64,000 nt of DNA from Scyliorhinus canicula (taxonomy: Eukaryota): contig NC_052168.1 of assembly GCF_902713615.1 (NCBI RefSeq), forward strand, positions 186,001 through 250,000, in the 5' to 3' direction. The position numbers and the translations under genes are program-made. The notes beneath the pieces were generated by a model. It was not told the origin of the DNA. It made no database searches and was given only the letters and a program-made list of their open reading frames with translations. This document shows positions 1 through 12,815 of the stretch, in pieces; the first letter of the stretch is position 1; the number at the start of each line of letters is the position of its first letter.

Positions 1-357
1 TGCCTCCCCCACTAGAGTATAAATCTCCCTCTATCCAGCCTCACCACTCCATGCCTCCCCCACTACAGTATAAATCTCCCTCTATCCAGCCTCACCACTC
101 CATGCCTCCCCCACTAGAGTATAAATCTCCCTCTATCCAGCCTCACCACTCCATGCCTCCCCCACTACAGTATAAATCTCCCTCTATCCAGCCTCACCAC
201 TCCATGCCTCCCCCACTAGAGTATAAATCTCCCTCTATCCAGCCTCACCACTCCATGCCTCCCCCACTAGAGTATAAATCTCCCTCTATCCAGCCTCACC
301 ACTCCATGCCTCCCCCACTACAGTATAAATCTCCCTCTATCCAGCCTCACCACTCCA
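1..357. repeat. 51-bp tandem minisatellite, ~7 copies (runs off window start)
   Basis: Unit atgcctcccccacta(c/g)agtataaatctccctctatccagcctcaccactcc repeated almost perfectly; explains ORF 51..452. Confidence 0.95.
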
Positions 358-799
358 TCCAGATTCAAAACGTCAGCCCCCTTCTCTCTCTCCAGACGCT
401 GTCAGACCTGCTGATTGTCCACTATTTTGTTTTTATTACTTCCTATCTGTAATGAGGTGACCAGAACTGTGCACAGTACTCAAGTTGTTACTTAACTAAT
501 GATTTATAAGTTCCAGCATGACCTCCCTGCTCTTATATTCAATACCCCGGATAAAGAAAAACATCGTGAGGGACAGAATTAATTTCCACTTGGAGGGGCA
601 AGGATTCATCAAGGACAGTCAGGAGGGGAATCATAGAGCCATAGAGTTGTATAGATGTACAGTGAAGAAAGGGCCCTTTGGCCCATCAGATCTGCACCAG
701 ATCTACCCCTAATCTCGCGCTAATCCCACTTCCCAACACTTGTCCCATATCCTTCAATGTGAACGTGTTTATCCAATAGCTTTTTATTCTGCTTTTTTA

Positions 800-1001
800 A
801 AACATAAATTTAGAGTACCCAATTCATTTTTCCCAATTAAGGGGCAATTTAGCCTGGTCAATCCACCCACCCTGCACATCTTTGGGTTGTGGGGGTGAAA
901 GACATGTAATGTGCAAACTCCACAGTGACCCAGAGCCGGGATCGAACCTGGGACCTCAGCACCGTGAGGCAGCTGGGCTACCCCACTGCCACCATGATGC
1001 C
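800..1001 (-). mobile_element. V-SINE (HE1-like) copy, degenerate
   Basis: Reverse complement of the tRNA-like head (ggttcgatcccggc) and V-domain (ccaaagatgtgcagg..ggtggattg..gctaaattgccc) seen in the other copies. Confidence 0.8.
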
Positions 1002-1052
1002 TTTAAGGAAGTGAGTACTGAGGAAGTGGCCTCGAAATAGTAGATCCATTTA

Positions 1053-1416
1053 GTGCCATGGTTTTAAAAATCGAGAGTTTACGGCCGTTTTTACGAACGG
1101 CCAGACCAGGTGTGTTTGCCGTTCGTAAAAACAGCCGTAAAGGGCTGGGAACTCGGCCCATCGAACAGCTGAGAATCGCTGCCGGCCGTAAAAAAACGCC
1201 CTCCCGCTATTCTCCCCCCCCCCCCCCCCCCCCCCCCCCACGCCCGACTCCCGATACGAATCGCTGCCGCCGTTTTTTTACGGCCGGCAGCGATTCTCAG
1301 CTGATAGATGGGCCGAGTTCCCAGCCCTTTACGGCTGTTTTTACGAACGGCAAACACACCTGGTCTGGCCGTTCGTAAAAACGGCCGTAAACTCTCGATT
1401 TTTAAAACCATGGCAC
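1053..1416. repeat. Long inverted repeat made of two MITE-derived 146-bp arms (1053-1198, 1271-1416)
   Basis: Arms are reverse complements with ~2 mismatches; sequence matches the 3' half of the MITEs at 24790-25510 and 33378-34067. Confidence 0.9.
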
Positions 1417-1433
1417 CGATTGGCACGGGCAAT

Positions 1434-2652
1434 CCAGTGCCGGGCATGCCCAGAACATATGGGCATGATTCGCTGGACTCCCCGAACACCTGGTGCACCT
1501 GTCCTCACCCCCAAAGAAACTACTCATCCTAGTCCCGGACATGTGGGCCTGGTGCAGCACCTTAAATTGGATGAGGCTAAGCCTCGCACATGAGGAGGAA
1601 GAGTTGACTCTCTCCAAGGCATCCGCCCAAGTCCCATCCTCTATCTGCTCCCCTAGTTCCCCCTCCCATTTAGCCTTCAGCTCCTCCACTGACGACTCCT
1701 CCACCTCCTGCATTACCTTACAAATGTCAGACACCTTCCCCTCTCCGACCCACACCCCCGAAAGCACTCTGTCCATCGCCCCCCGCAAGGGCAGCAAAGG
1801 GAACTCCTCTACCTGTCGCCTAGCAAACGCCTTTACCTGCAAGTATCTGAACATGTTCCCTTGGGGGAGCCCAAATTTATCTTCCAGTTCCCCCAGGCCC
1901 GCAAACCTCCCGCCAATAAACAGGTCCCTCAATTTACTGATGCCCACCCTTTGCCACCCCCTAAATCCCCCATCCCTGTTCCCTGGGATGAACCGATGAT
2001 TGCCACCCAGTGGAGCCTCCATCGAGCCCCCTGTTTCCCCCCTATGCCGTCTCCACTGTCCCCAGATTCTTAGGGTCGCCGCCACCACCAGGCTTGTGGT
2101 ATACCTCTTAGGAGAGAGCGGCAACGGTGCCGTTACCAAGGCACCCAGGCTCGTACCTCGACAAGACGCCATCTCCATTCTTTTCCACGCCCCCCCCCCC
2201 CCCTCCATCACCCATTTACGCACCATTGACACATTGGCTGCCCAATAGTACCCCAATAGGTTGGGCAGCGCCAGCCCACCTCTATCCCTCCCTCGCTCCA
2301 GGAAAACCCTCTTCACTCTCGGAGTCCCATGTGCCCACACAAAGCTCAAAATACTGCTAGTCGCCCTCCTAAAGAAGGCCCTGGGGATGAAGATGGGCAC
2401 GCACTGAAAGAGGAACAAGAACCTCGGAAGCACCGTCATTTTGACGGACTGCACCCTCCCCGCCAACGACAATGGCAGCATGTCCCACCTCTTGAACTCC
2501 TCCTCCATCTGATCCACAAGCCGAGTGAAGTTATGCTTGTGAAGAGTCCCCCAGTCCCTGGCCACCTGCACCCCCAGGTACCTAAAGCTCTCCCCTGCCC
2601 TCCTAAGCAGGAGCCTGCCAATTCCTTCCTCCTGGTCCCCAGGGTGCACCAC
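1434..2652 (-). mobile_element. L1/Tx1-clade LINE ORF2 C-terminal fragment
   Basis: FRYLGV, LSLAGRVQSVKMTVLPRFLFLFQ, GGLALPN and C-terminal CxxC..H..WAC zinc knuckle in ORF 1402..2652. Confidence 0.9.
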
Positions 2653-3012
2653 AGTTACCCTCTATCTTAACAGATTGATAAAGTGCTGCTGGATTCTCCC
2701 TGATTGGGCTTCCTGCTATTGTTTTAAACCCCCTCTTTGCTTTCCGAATTTTCTTTTTGATTTCACCCTCCCCCCCCCCCCCCAACCTCGCTTTGTCTAT
2801 TTTACCCTGTAACTTATTGACATCCAGGGGTCTCCAGACTACACCCCTGCCCCTATTTCTACTATATGTTGAATAGTGAATCATTTCTTTTGTATATATT
2901 TTTTACGTTAGTATTGTTGAAGTTATCAACCTCAATATCTCATGGATTAAGCTTGATGTGAGTTAGTTTCACAGTTTTATGTGAGTCAGTTTCACAGCTG
3001 TCAGTGTCATAC

Positions 3013-3194
3013 CTTGCAGCCTTTCGAGTTCATTGAATCAATGGTCCGTTTGATAGCTGCATTCTGTGGCTCGACCAGCTCTACCTGTGATCTCACGTTA
3101 TGCTCAAAATAGGGCCCCATCATCACGTAATTCTCGCCCCATTCGTCAATTGTTATCTTTGCCTTGGTTTGAATCACAGTGTAGATACCTCCAA
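3013..3194 (-). CDS. GYS1: Glycogen synthase coding exon 2 (182 bp)
   Basis: Acceptor ttctttcaatag, donor gtatga; translates [61 protein letters not shown]. Family is certain. GYS1 versus GYS2 is inferred only from linkage with PTH2. Further exons lie left of the window. Confidence 0.93.
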
Positions 3195-3288
3195 CTATTG
3201 AAAGAAAATATCCAGAGACAGTAAAACTGTCTGTGAGACTGCCAGAGCAGTGAGACTGTTTCTGACACACAGCTGGACATTTCCTTAC

Positions 3289-3394
3289 CTTTGTTGGTCA
3301 CTTCCCAGGCCACCTCAATCAGGATGATATCGTTACGGGGCACTGTCACTGAGTCATCCAGCTGACCGCTGGGCCTTCTCCCAGGACTGGACAT
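3289..3394 (-). CDS. GYS1: Glycogen synthase first coding exon ([35 protein letters not shown])
   Basis: Conserved EVAWEVxNK motif; phase-1 donor AAAG|gtaagg joins exon 2 in frame across a 94-bp intron. ATG at 3394 follows an acceptor (tttttccag, exon start 3404); an alternative in-frame ATG is at 3418. Confidence 0.88.
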
Positions 3395-4150
3395 CACCGG
3401 ACCACTGGAAAAAGTCATCAAAATGCATCAGAATTACAATGGGATAGAATTGAAGAGGATCTGAGTCAAATTTCATTAAGAGGGGTCGCACCTACACAGT
3501 GTGATGTCAGGCCTAAGGCAAGATTATACCCCAGGAGAGGTGCCAGGTCCTGGACAGTGTTACACAGTACCCCTGGATGGTGTTACACTGTAACCCGGGA
3601 TAATGTTACACTGTAACCCTGGACAATGTTTCACTGTAACGTGGCACAATGTTGTATTGTAACCCTGGCCACTGTTACACTGTCACTCAGGATAGACACC
3701 AAGTCCTGGACAATGTTACACAGTACCCCTGGATGGTGTTACACTGTAACCCGGGACAATGTTATACTGTAACCTGGGTCACAGGCAAGGTACTGGGCAA
3801 TAGTGCTGTTGGAACCAACAATTCTACGGACACGTGCTTGTAGGATTAGAATAGCAGTTTTAATATACTCACAACAGAGCCAGCCTATTAGCCATTGAAC
3901 TTTCGGTGAACTGGCCGGCTGACCATGTGGCACTGATCTTTATACAGCAGCTTCCGGGGGAGGAGTCCTGGGCAGAGCCAAGGGAGAAGCCTACAACTCG
4001 AGCATTCCCAGAGCTACTCCCCCTGGAGGACAGGTAGTGCAACTGCACTTACAATATAGACACATGTATATAGAGATTAGAATCCGGTGTGAATCACATT
4101 CACCACATTCACCCCCTGTGAAAAAAATCGAGTCCAGCGGGGGTGGTGGC

Positions 4151-5557
4151 TCACAGAGTTAGTCTGTCCGCTGGATGAATTGTTCTTTTCGATCTGCGGA
4201 GCACCGGGGTTGCAGCCTCTTGCGGTGGCTGTGTGGGTGTTGAGAGCTGGGGTACGATGGCAGACTCCGGGGCGGGTCTCGTCCGAACTTTATACACCTC
4301 TGGCTCGACCGGAGACTGGGGGCGCTGGGGGCGGGCTGGTTCTGGCGCGTGGAACCGGTGGGGTGAGCTTGCGGAATCGGGGGCACGAGGGGGCGGCAGC
4401 ACAGGGAACGGGGTAAGGGGTTCCTCAGCAGGGGTAGGGGGGGGGCTGGATCCAGCAGGTGCCAGGTCCCGAAGGGATACTGTGTCCTGGCGACCGTCCG
4501 GGAACTCCACGAATGCGTACTGGGGGTTGGGATGGAGGAGGTGCACCTTTTCAACAAGCGGGTCGGTTTTGTGCCCCCTGACGTGCTTCCTCAGGAGGAC
4601 CGGGCCTGGTGTCCTCAGCCACGCCGGAAGTGAGACTCCCGTGGTAGTGCCCCTAGAAAAAATGAAGAGTCGCTCGTGAGGGGTTTGATTTGTAGCTGTA
4701 CAGAGGAGGGATCTGATTGCGTGGAGCGCGTCTGGGAGGACTTCTTGCCATTGGGAGACTTGGAGATTCCTGGACCGGAGGGTCAGTAGGACGGTCTTCC
4801 AGACCGTCGCGTTCTCCCTCTCCACCTGCCCGTTCCCCCTGGGGTTGTAGCTGGTAGTCCTGCTCGAGGCGATGCCCTTGTCGGGCAGGTACTGATGCAG
4901 CTCGTCACTCATAAAGGACGAACCCCGGTCGCTGTGCACGTAGCTGGGGAAACTAAACAGGGTGAAGACACTATGCAGGGCCCTAATGACTGTGTGGGAG
5001 GTCATATCAGGGCATGGAATGGCAAAAGGGAATCGGGAGAGCTCATCGATGATGTTGAGGAAATAAATGTTCTTGTTAGTGGAGGGGAGTGGCCCTTTGA
5101 AATCGATCGCAAAGCATTCAAAGGGCCTAGAAGCCTTGTCCAGGTGGGCCCTGTCTGGTCTATAGAGGTGCGGTTTGCACTCTGCACAGATCGGGCAGTC
5201 CCTGGTGACCACTTTTACCTCCTCGTTGGAGAAAGGCAGGTTTCGGGCTCTGATGTAGTGGGCGAGCCGGGTGACCCCCGGGTGGCAGAGCTCATCGTGG
5301 ATGGCTTTCAGATGGCTGATCTGCGCGCTGGTGCATGTCCCGCGGGATAGGGCATCCGAGGGCTCGTTGAGCTTCCCCGGTCGATATTTAATATCGTAAC
5401 TATAGGTGGAGAGTTCGATCCTCCACCGAAGGATTTTATCATTTTTTATTTTGCCCCTTTGCGAGTTGTCAAACATAAAGGCAACCGATCGTTGGTCGGT
5501 GATGAGGGTGAACCTCCTACCTGCGAGGTAGTGCCTCCAGTGACGAACAGCCTCCAC
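4151..5557 (-). pseudogene. Gypsy RNase H-integrase ORF remnant
   Basis: TDQR RNase H motif, HHCC zinc finger, DDE core motifs. Confidence 0.9.
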
Positions 5558-6873
5558 GATGGCTTGTGCTTCCTTCTCGACTGAGGAGTGTCGGAGTTCT
5601 GAAGCGGATAGGGTACGGGGAGAAGAACCCCAAGCACCGTTTGAGGGCCTTGGGGCAATGAGGGAGGGGGAGTTCGGTGCGGTCCGGGTCTGGGCCCAGG
5701 ACTCCGTTCTCCACGACGTAGCCGAGGATGGCCAGTCTGTTTGTGCGGAAAACGCATTTCTCCTTGTTGTAGGTGAGATTTAATTTCTGTGCCATCTGGA
5801 GAAAACGGTGGAGGTTGGCGTCGTGGTCCTGCTGGTCATAGCCGCAGATGGCAACATTGTTCAGATACGGAAACGTGGCCCGCAGCCCGTACTGGTCTAC
5901 CATTCGGTCCATTGCTCATTGGAACACCGAAACCCCGTTAGTGACGCCGAAAGGGACCTGGAGGAAATGGAAGAGGTGGCCATCGGCCTCGAATGCCGTG
6001 TAGTGGCGGTCCTCCGGGCGGATTGGGAGCTGGTGGTATGCAGACTTCAGATCCACTGTGGAAAATAGCCGATATTGGGCGATCTGATTAACCATGTCTG
6101 CAATTCTGGGGAGGTGACACGCGTCTAGGAGCGTAAAGCTATTTATGGTCTGGCTATAGTCGACGACCGTGCAAAATCTTTCCCCGGTCTTGACGACCAC
6201 CACCTGAGCTCTCCAGGGACTATTACTGGCCCCTATGATCCCCTCACTGAGCAGCCGTCGGACCTCCGATCAGATAAAGACCCTATCCTGTAGGCTGTAC
6301 CGCCTGCTGCGAGTAGCTACTGGCTTGCAATCTGGAGGGAGATTGGCGAAGAGAGGAGGGGGGGAGATGCGCAGCGTGGTTAGGCTGCAGATAGTGAATG
6401 GGGGCAGGGGCCTGCCGAAGCTGAGGGTGAGGCTCTTGAGGTTGCACTGGAAATCCAGGCCTAATAAGAGTGGCGCGCAGAGGTCGGGCAGGACATAAAG
6501 TTTAAATTTAGAATAACTAGCGCCTCGAATTGTGAGCGTAGCGACGGTGCGTCCTTGGATTTGGACTGAGTGGGAGCCCGAAGCGAGGGCGATAGTTTGG
6601 CGCACCGGAAAAATAGAAAGCGAACAGCGTCTTACCAGCTCTGGATGTATAAAGCTCTCGGTGCTCCCGGAGTCAAAGAGGCATGGCGTGCTGTACCCGT
6701 TGATCTGGACCTCTGCCATCGAACTTCGTAGGTGCTTGGGGCGGGATTGATCCAGGGTGACTGCGCTGAGTTGCAGGTAGTCGGCGGCTCGATCAGCTGT
6801 GCTGGAGTGGCCCCGTGATGACTGCCCTCTGAGTACGTAGTCGTCGAGGTGAGTTTCAGAGTTTAAAGGGGAT

Positions 6874-7071
6874 GAATCCCAAGATGGCCGCCCCCATGAG
6901 TCGCACATGGCCGGCCGCATGGAGGAGGATTGCCAAGATGGCCGCCCCCATGAGTCGCACATGGCCGGCCGCATGGAGGAGGATTGCCAAGATGGCCGCC
7001 CCCATGAGTCGCACATGGCCGGCCACATGGAGGAGGATTGCCAAGATGGCCGCCCCCATGAGTCGCACATG
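6874..7071. repeat. 57-bp tandem repeat (~3.5 copies) inside the Gypsy gag-protease junction, next to a GC-rich expansion at ~7180-7400
   Basis: Unit ccaagatggccgcccccatgagtcgcacatggccggccgcatggaggaggattg..; in frame (MCDSWGRPSWQSSSMRPA). Confidence 0.85.
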
Positions 7072-8732
7072 TCGGGTGGGGACGGAGTCGGCATACAGGC
7101 TGCAGCTTTTCGGGGCCTGCGGCAGCGCCGGCCCTAGGGTTGCTGGCGCCCCGGGCAAGCTGAACTTCGGCGCCCTGGGCCCGAGGGGGCGGGGCCGAGG
7201 GGGGGCCAAGGGGGGGGGGGCGGGGCGGAGCCGAGGGGGCGGGGGCGGGGAGGGGCGGACCCGAGGGGGGGCGGGGAGGGGCGGACCCGAGGGGGGGCGG
7301 GGGGGCGGACCCGAGGGGGGGCAGGGGGCGGACCCGAGGGGGGGCGGGGGGTCTGAGGGGGGCGGACCGAGCGGGGGGGCGGACCGGGGGGGGGCGCCCT
7401 GGGGGAGGGCGGCCACCGCGCATGCGCTGGTTGGCGCCGGCCCAACTGCGCATGCGCGGGACCCGAGTCTGGCGCCCCCTAGCACATGGCGCCCCGGGCA
7501 AGCTCCCTATGTTCAGCCGCGGTAACGGCTTGATAATTACAGTCATTGGAAAGATTGTTCAATTCCCTTACAAACTCGGTTAGCGTTTCTGTAGGCTGCT
7601 GACAGCGAGTCGTAAACACGTGGCGTGCATAAACCTCGTTAATGGGCCTAACGTACATTTTGTCCAATATCGCCAGGGCTGCGGTGTAAGAACCGGCCGG
7701 ATTCAGCTGTGTGGAGATTCTGTGGCTTACCCTCGCATGCAGTAGGCTGAGTTTTTGTTCCTCCGTTGTTCCGGCGGTGCTGGCTTCTGCCAGGTAGGCT
7801 TTAAAACATCTCAGCCAGTGGGAAAAAATGTCCTTAGCCTCTGCATCCTGTGGGTCGAGTTCTAGGCGTCCGGGCTTGAGGGCTGCTTCCATGATTTCTT
7901 CGACTGTTTCCTGAGTATATTAAATTGTTGGAACCAACATTTCTACGGACACGTGTTTGTAGGATTAGAATTGCAGTTTTAATATACTCACAACAGAGCC
8001 AGCCTATTAGCCATTGAACTTTCGGTGAACTGGCCGGCTGACCATGTGGCACTGATCTTTATACAGCAGCTTCCGGGGGAGGAGTCCTGGGCAGAGCCAA
8101 GGGAGAAGCCCCGTACAACTCGATCATTCCCAGAGCTACTGCCCCTGGAGGATAGGTAGTGCAACTGCACTTACAATATAGACATGTATATACAGATTAT
8201 AATCCGGTGTGAATCACATTCACCACAAGTGCACTGTACCCCGGGACAGTGTTACACAGTAACCCAGGTCACAGGCAAGATCCTGGGCAATGTTACACTG
8301 TAACCCGAGACAATGTTACACTATAACCCTGGATAATGTTGCACAGTCACCCAGGACAATGTTACATTGTAACCGGGACAATGTTACATTGTAACCTGGG
8401 ACACTGTTACACTGTAACCCGGGACAATGCTACACTGAAACCTGGGGCACTGTTCCACTGTCACTCGAGACAGAGACCAGGTCCAGGACAATGTTACACT
8501 GTACCCCGGGACAGTGTTATTCTGTAACCCTGGGCAATGTTACATTATAAACCGGGACAATGTTACCCTGTAACCCGGGATACTGTTACTCTGTAACCTG
8601 GGATACTGTTACACTGTAACCCGAATAGTGTTACACTGTAACTGGGTCAGAGGCTGGTCCTGGACAATGTTACACTAGAGCCCGGGACATTGTTACACTG
8701 CAACCCTCAACGATATTACACTGTAACCCGGG

Positions 8733-10823
8733 ACATAAGAACATAAGAACTAGGAGCAGGAGTAGGCCATATGGCCCCTCGAGCCTGCTCCGCCATTCAA
8801 TGAGATCATGGCTGATCTTTTGTGGACTCAGCTCCACTTTCCGGCCCGAACAACATAACCCTTAATCCCTTTATTCTTCAAAAAACTATCTATCTTTACC
8901 TTAAAAACATTTAATGAAGGAGCCTCAACTGCTTCACTGGGCAAGGAATTCCATAGATTCACAACCCTTTGGGTGAAGAAGTTCCTCCAAAACTCACCTC
9001 CCCTTATTTTGAGGCTATGCCCCCTAGTTCTGCTTTCACCCGCCAGTGGAAACAACCTGCCCGCATCTATCCTATCTATTCCCTTCATAATTTTATCTGT
9101 TTCTATAAGATCACCCCTCATCCTTCTAAATTCCAACGAGTACAGTCCCAGTCTACTCAACCTCTCCTCATAATCCAACCCCTTCAACTCTGGTATTAAC
9201 CTAGTGAATCTCCTCTGCACACCCTCCAGTGCCAGTACGTCCTTTCTCAAGTAAGGAGACCAAAACTGAACACAATACTCCAGGTGTGGCCTCACTAACA
9301 CCTTATACAATTGCAGCATAACCTCCCTAGTCTTAAACTCCGTCCCTCTAGCAATGAAGGACAACATTTCATTTGCCTTCTTAATCACCTGTTGCACCTG
9401 TAAACCAACTTTCTGTGACTCATGCACTAACACACCCAGGTCTCTCTGCACAGCAGCATGTTTAAATATTTTATCATTTAAATAATAATCCCTTTTGCTG
9501 ATATTCCTACCAAAATAGATAACCTCACATTTGTCAAAATTGTATTCCATCTGCCAGACCCTACCCCATTCACTTAACCTATCCAAATCCCTCTGCAGAC
9601 TTCCGGTATCCTCTGCACTTTTCGCTTTACCACTCATCTTAGTGTCATCTGCAAACATGGACACATTGCCCTTGGTCCCCAACTCCAAATCATCTATGTA
9701 AATTGTGAACAATTATGGGCCCAACGCTGATCCCTGAGGGACACCACGAGCTACAGATTGCCAACCAAAGAAATACCCATTAATCCCCACTCTTTGCTTT
9801 TGATGAGCCATCAATTGCACGAGAGACGAGTTGCTTTACAAAAGTTAGGCTTTAATAAGCTAGAACTTAGCCCTGCGGTTGTCTACAATAAAATGGATGA
9901 CCGCCGGGCGCTTCGACTATTTATACTTCGGTAAGGAGGCGCGGTTAACTCAGCCTCTCAACCAATCGGAGAGCAGTCACATGACTGGTCTCAACCAATC
10001 GGTCGGGAGGCACATGACCGACCAGGGCCAATGGTAAGCCGGTGTTTTGCACCAATGGCAGACAGCTATGCAAATCATATCACCACAGCTTTCTATTAAT
10101 TAACCAATCCTCTATCCATGCTACTACTTTACCCTTAATGCCATGCATCATTATCTTACGCAGCAACCTTTTGTGTGGCACCTTGTCAAAGGCTTTCTGG
10201 AAATCCAGATATACCACATCCATTGGCTCCCCGCTATCTACTGCACTGGTAATGTCCTCAAAAAATTCCACTAAATTAGTTAGGCATGACCTGCCTTTTA
10301 CGAACCCATGCCGCATCTGCCCAATGGGACAAATTCCATCCACATGCCTCGCTATTTCTTCCTTGATGATAGATTCCAGCATCTTATCTACTACCGAAGT
10401 TAAGCTCACTGGCCTATAATTACCCGCTTTCTGCCTACCTCCTTTTTAAAATAGTGGTGTCACATTTGCTAATTTCCAATCCGCCGGGACCACCCCAGAG
10501 TCTAGTGAATTTTGGTAAATTATCACTAGTGCATTTGCAATTTCCCTGGCCATCTCTTTTAGCACTCTGGGATGCATTCCATCAGGGCCAGGAGACCTGT
10601 CTACCTTTAGCCCCATTAGCTTGCCCATCACTACCTCCTTAGTGATAACAATCCTCTCAAGGTCCTCACCTGTCATAGCCTCATTTCTATCAGTCACTGG
10701 CATGTTATTTGTGTCTTCCACTGTGAAGACCGGCCCAAAAAAACCTGTTCAGTTCCTCAGCCATTTCCTCATCTTCCATTATTAAATCTCCCTTCTCATC
10801 CTCCAAAGGACCAATATTTACCT
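8733..10823 (-). mobile_element. 5'-truncated CR1 LINE (RT region and 3' UTR), split by a solo LTR
   Basis: SPGPDG, LDFQKAFD, FADD and LVRPHLEYCVQFWSPY motifs; (ttcttatg)n 3' tail at 8733-8750. Confidence 0.95.
9801..10087 (-). mobile_element. Solo LTR inserted in CR1
   Basis: TG...CA ends, 5-bp TSD GCTTT (9796-9800, 10088-10092); same terminal caccaca as the Gypsy LTRs; minus-strand TATA and ATTAAA. Confidence 0.88.
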
Positions 10824-12490
10824 GACCTACAATGTTACACTGCCACCCGGTCACAGGCAAGGTCATGGACAATGTTACACTGTAACCCTGGACAGTGTTA
10901 CACTGTAACCCGGGACAATATTATTCAGTAACACTGGACAGTGTTACACTGTAACCCGGGATAGTGTTACACTGTAACCCGGGATAGTGTTACACTGTAA
11001 CCCTGGACAGTGTTACACTGTAACCCGGGACAATATTATTCAGTAACACTGGACAGTGTTACACTGTAACCCGGGATAGTGTTACACTGTAACCCGGGAT
11101 AGTGTTACACTGTAACCCTGGACAGTGTTACACTGTAACCCGGGACAATATTATTCAGTAACTCTGGACAGTGTTACACTGTAACCCGGGACAATATTAT
11201 TCAGTAACTCTGGACAGTGTTACACTGTAACCCGGGATAGTTTTACACTTTAACCCTGGACAGTGTTACACTGTAACCCGGGACAATATTATTCAGTAAC
11301 TCTGGACAGTGTTACACTGTAACCCGGGATAGTGTTACACTGTAACCCGGGATAGTGTTACACTGTAACCCTGGACAGTGTTACACTGTAACCCGGGACA
11401 ATATTATTCAGTAACTCTGGACAGTGTTACACTGTAACCCGGGATAGTTTTACACTTTAACTCGGGACAGAGACCAGGTTGTGGACAATGTTACACTGTA
11501 ACCCAGGACAATGTTATTTAGTAACCCTGGACAGTGTTATACTGTAACCCGGGACAGTGTTACTCTGTACCCTGGGACAGTGTTACACTGTAACCTTGGA
11601 TAATGTTACACTGTAACCCTGGACAATGTTACTGTGTACACTAGCCAATGTTACTCTGTAACCCGGGATAATGTTATTCTGTAACTCTGGACAGTGTTAC
11701 ACTGTAACCCGGGACAATGTTATTTAGTAACTCTGGACAGTGTTACACTGTAACCCGGGACAATGTTATTCTGTAACTCTGGACAGTGTTACACTGTAAC
11801 CCGGGACAATGTTATTTAGTAACTCTGGACAGTGTTACACTGTAACCCGGGACAATGTTATTTAGTAACTCTGGACAGTGTTACACTGTAACCCGGGACA
11901 ATGTTATACTGTAACCCTGGACAATGTTACTACTATATGTACACTAGCCAATGTTACTCTGTAACCCGGGATAATGTTATTCTGTAACCATGGACAGTGT
12001 TACACTGTAGCAAGGGACTGTGTAATCTGTAATCCGGGACAATGTTCCTCTGTAACCCTGTACAATGTTACACTGTAACCCTGGACATTGTTACTCTGCA
12101 TCCTGGGATAGTTTTACTCTGTAACTCTGGGCATGCGCAGTCTGTAATCCTGGACACTGTAACGCTGGACGATGTTACTCTGTACCCTGGGACAGTGTTA
12201 CACTGTAACCCTGGATAATGTTACACTGTAACTCGGGATAATGTTACACTGTAACCCTGGATAATGTTACACTGTAACTCGGGATAATGTTACACTGTAA
12301 CCCTGGATAATGTTACACTGTAACTCGGGATAATGTTACACTGTAACCCTGGATAATGTTACTCTGTACCCTGGGACAGTGTTACACTGTAACCCTGGCC
12401 AATGTTACTCTGTAAATCGGGACAGTGTTACACTGTAACCCGGGACAGTGTTATGGTGTAATCCGGGACAGTGTAACTCTAACCCGGTAT

Positions 12491-12815
12491 GGGCCTCACG
12501 GTAGCATGGTGGTTAGCATCAATGCTTCACAGCTCCAGGGTCCCAGGTTCGAGTCCCGGCTGGGTCACTGTCTGTGTGGAGTCTGCACGTCCTCCCCGTG
12601 TGTGCGTGGGTTTCCTCCGGGTGCTCCGGTTTCCTCCCACAGTCCAAAGATGTGCGGGTTAGGTGGATTGGCCATGCTAAATTGCCCGTAGTGTAAGGTT
12701 AATGGGTTAAGGGTATACGGGTTATGTGGGTTTAAGTAGGGTGATCATTGTTCGGCACAACATCGAGGGCTGAAGGGCCTGTTCTGTGCTGTACTGTTCT
12801 ATGTTCTATGTTCTA
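12491..12815 (+). mobile_element. Full-length V-SINE (HE1-like) with CR1-type tail
   Basis: tRNA-like A/B boxes (tagcatggtgg, ggttcgagtcc), V-domain gcgtgggtttcctccgggtgctccggtttcctccc, tail (tgttcta)n. Confidence 0.92.

Larger units (their letters stand above)
3807..8227 (-). mobile_element. Full-length but degenerate Ty3/Gypsy LTR retrotransposon
   Basis: LTRs 3807-4107 and 7926-8227 with TG..CA ends (about 8 substitutions and 2 indels); 5-bp TSD AGTGC; gag 7479-7892; protease LFDSGS (6270-7094); frameshifted RT (5517-6203); RNase H/integrase with HPG, CxxC, DFKGP, SDRG, GNGQVER (4151-5557); PPT next to 4108. Confidence 0.97.

Noticed and set aside
51-452. 133-aa MPPPL repeat protein
   Set aside because: 51-bp minisatellite lying antisense within the presumed GYS intron
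3807-8227. Active autonomous retrotransposon or domesticated gene
   Set aside because: Pol has frameshifts, a stop and deletions; the RT motif reads YLNN; gag is truncated; LTRs have diverged by about 3%
12491-12570. tRNA genes at SINE heads
   Set aside because: A/B boxes continue into the V-domain and LINE-derived tail; no full cloverleaf
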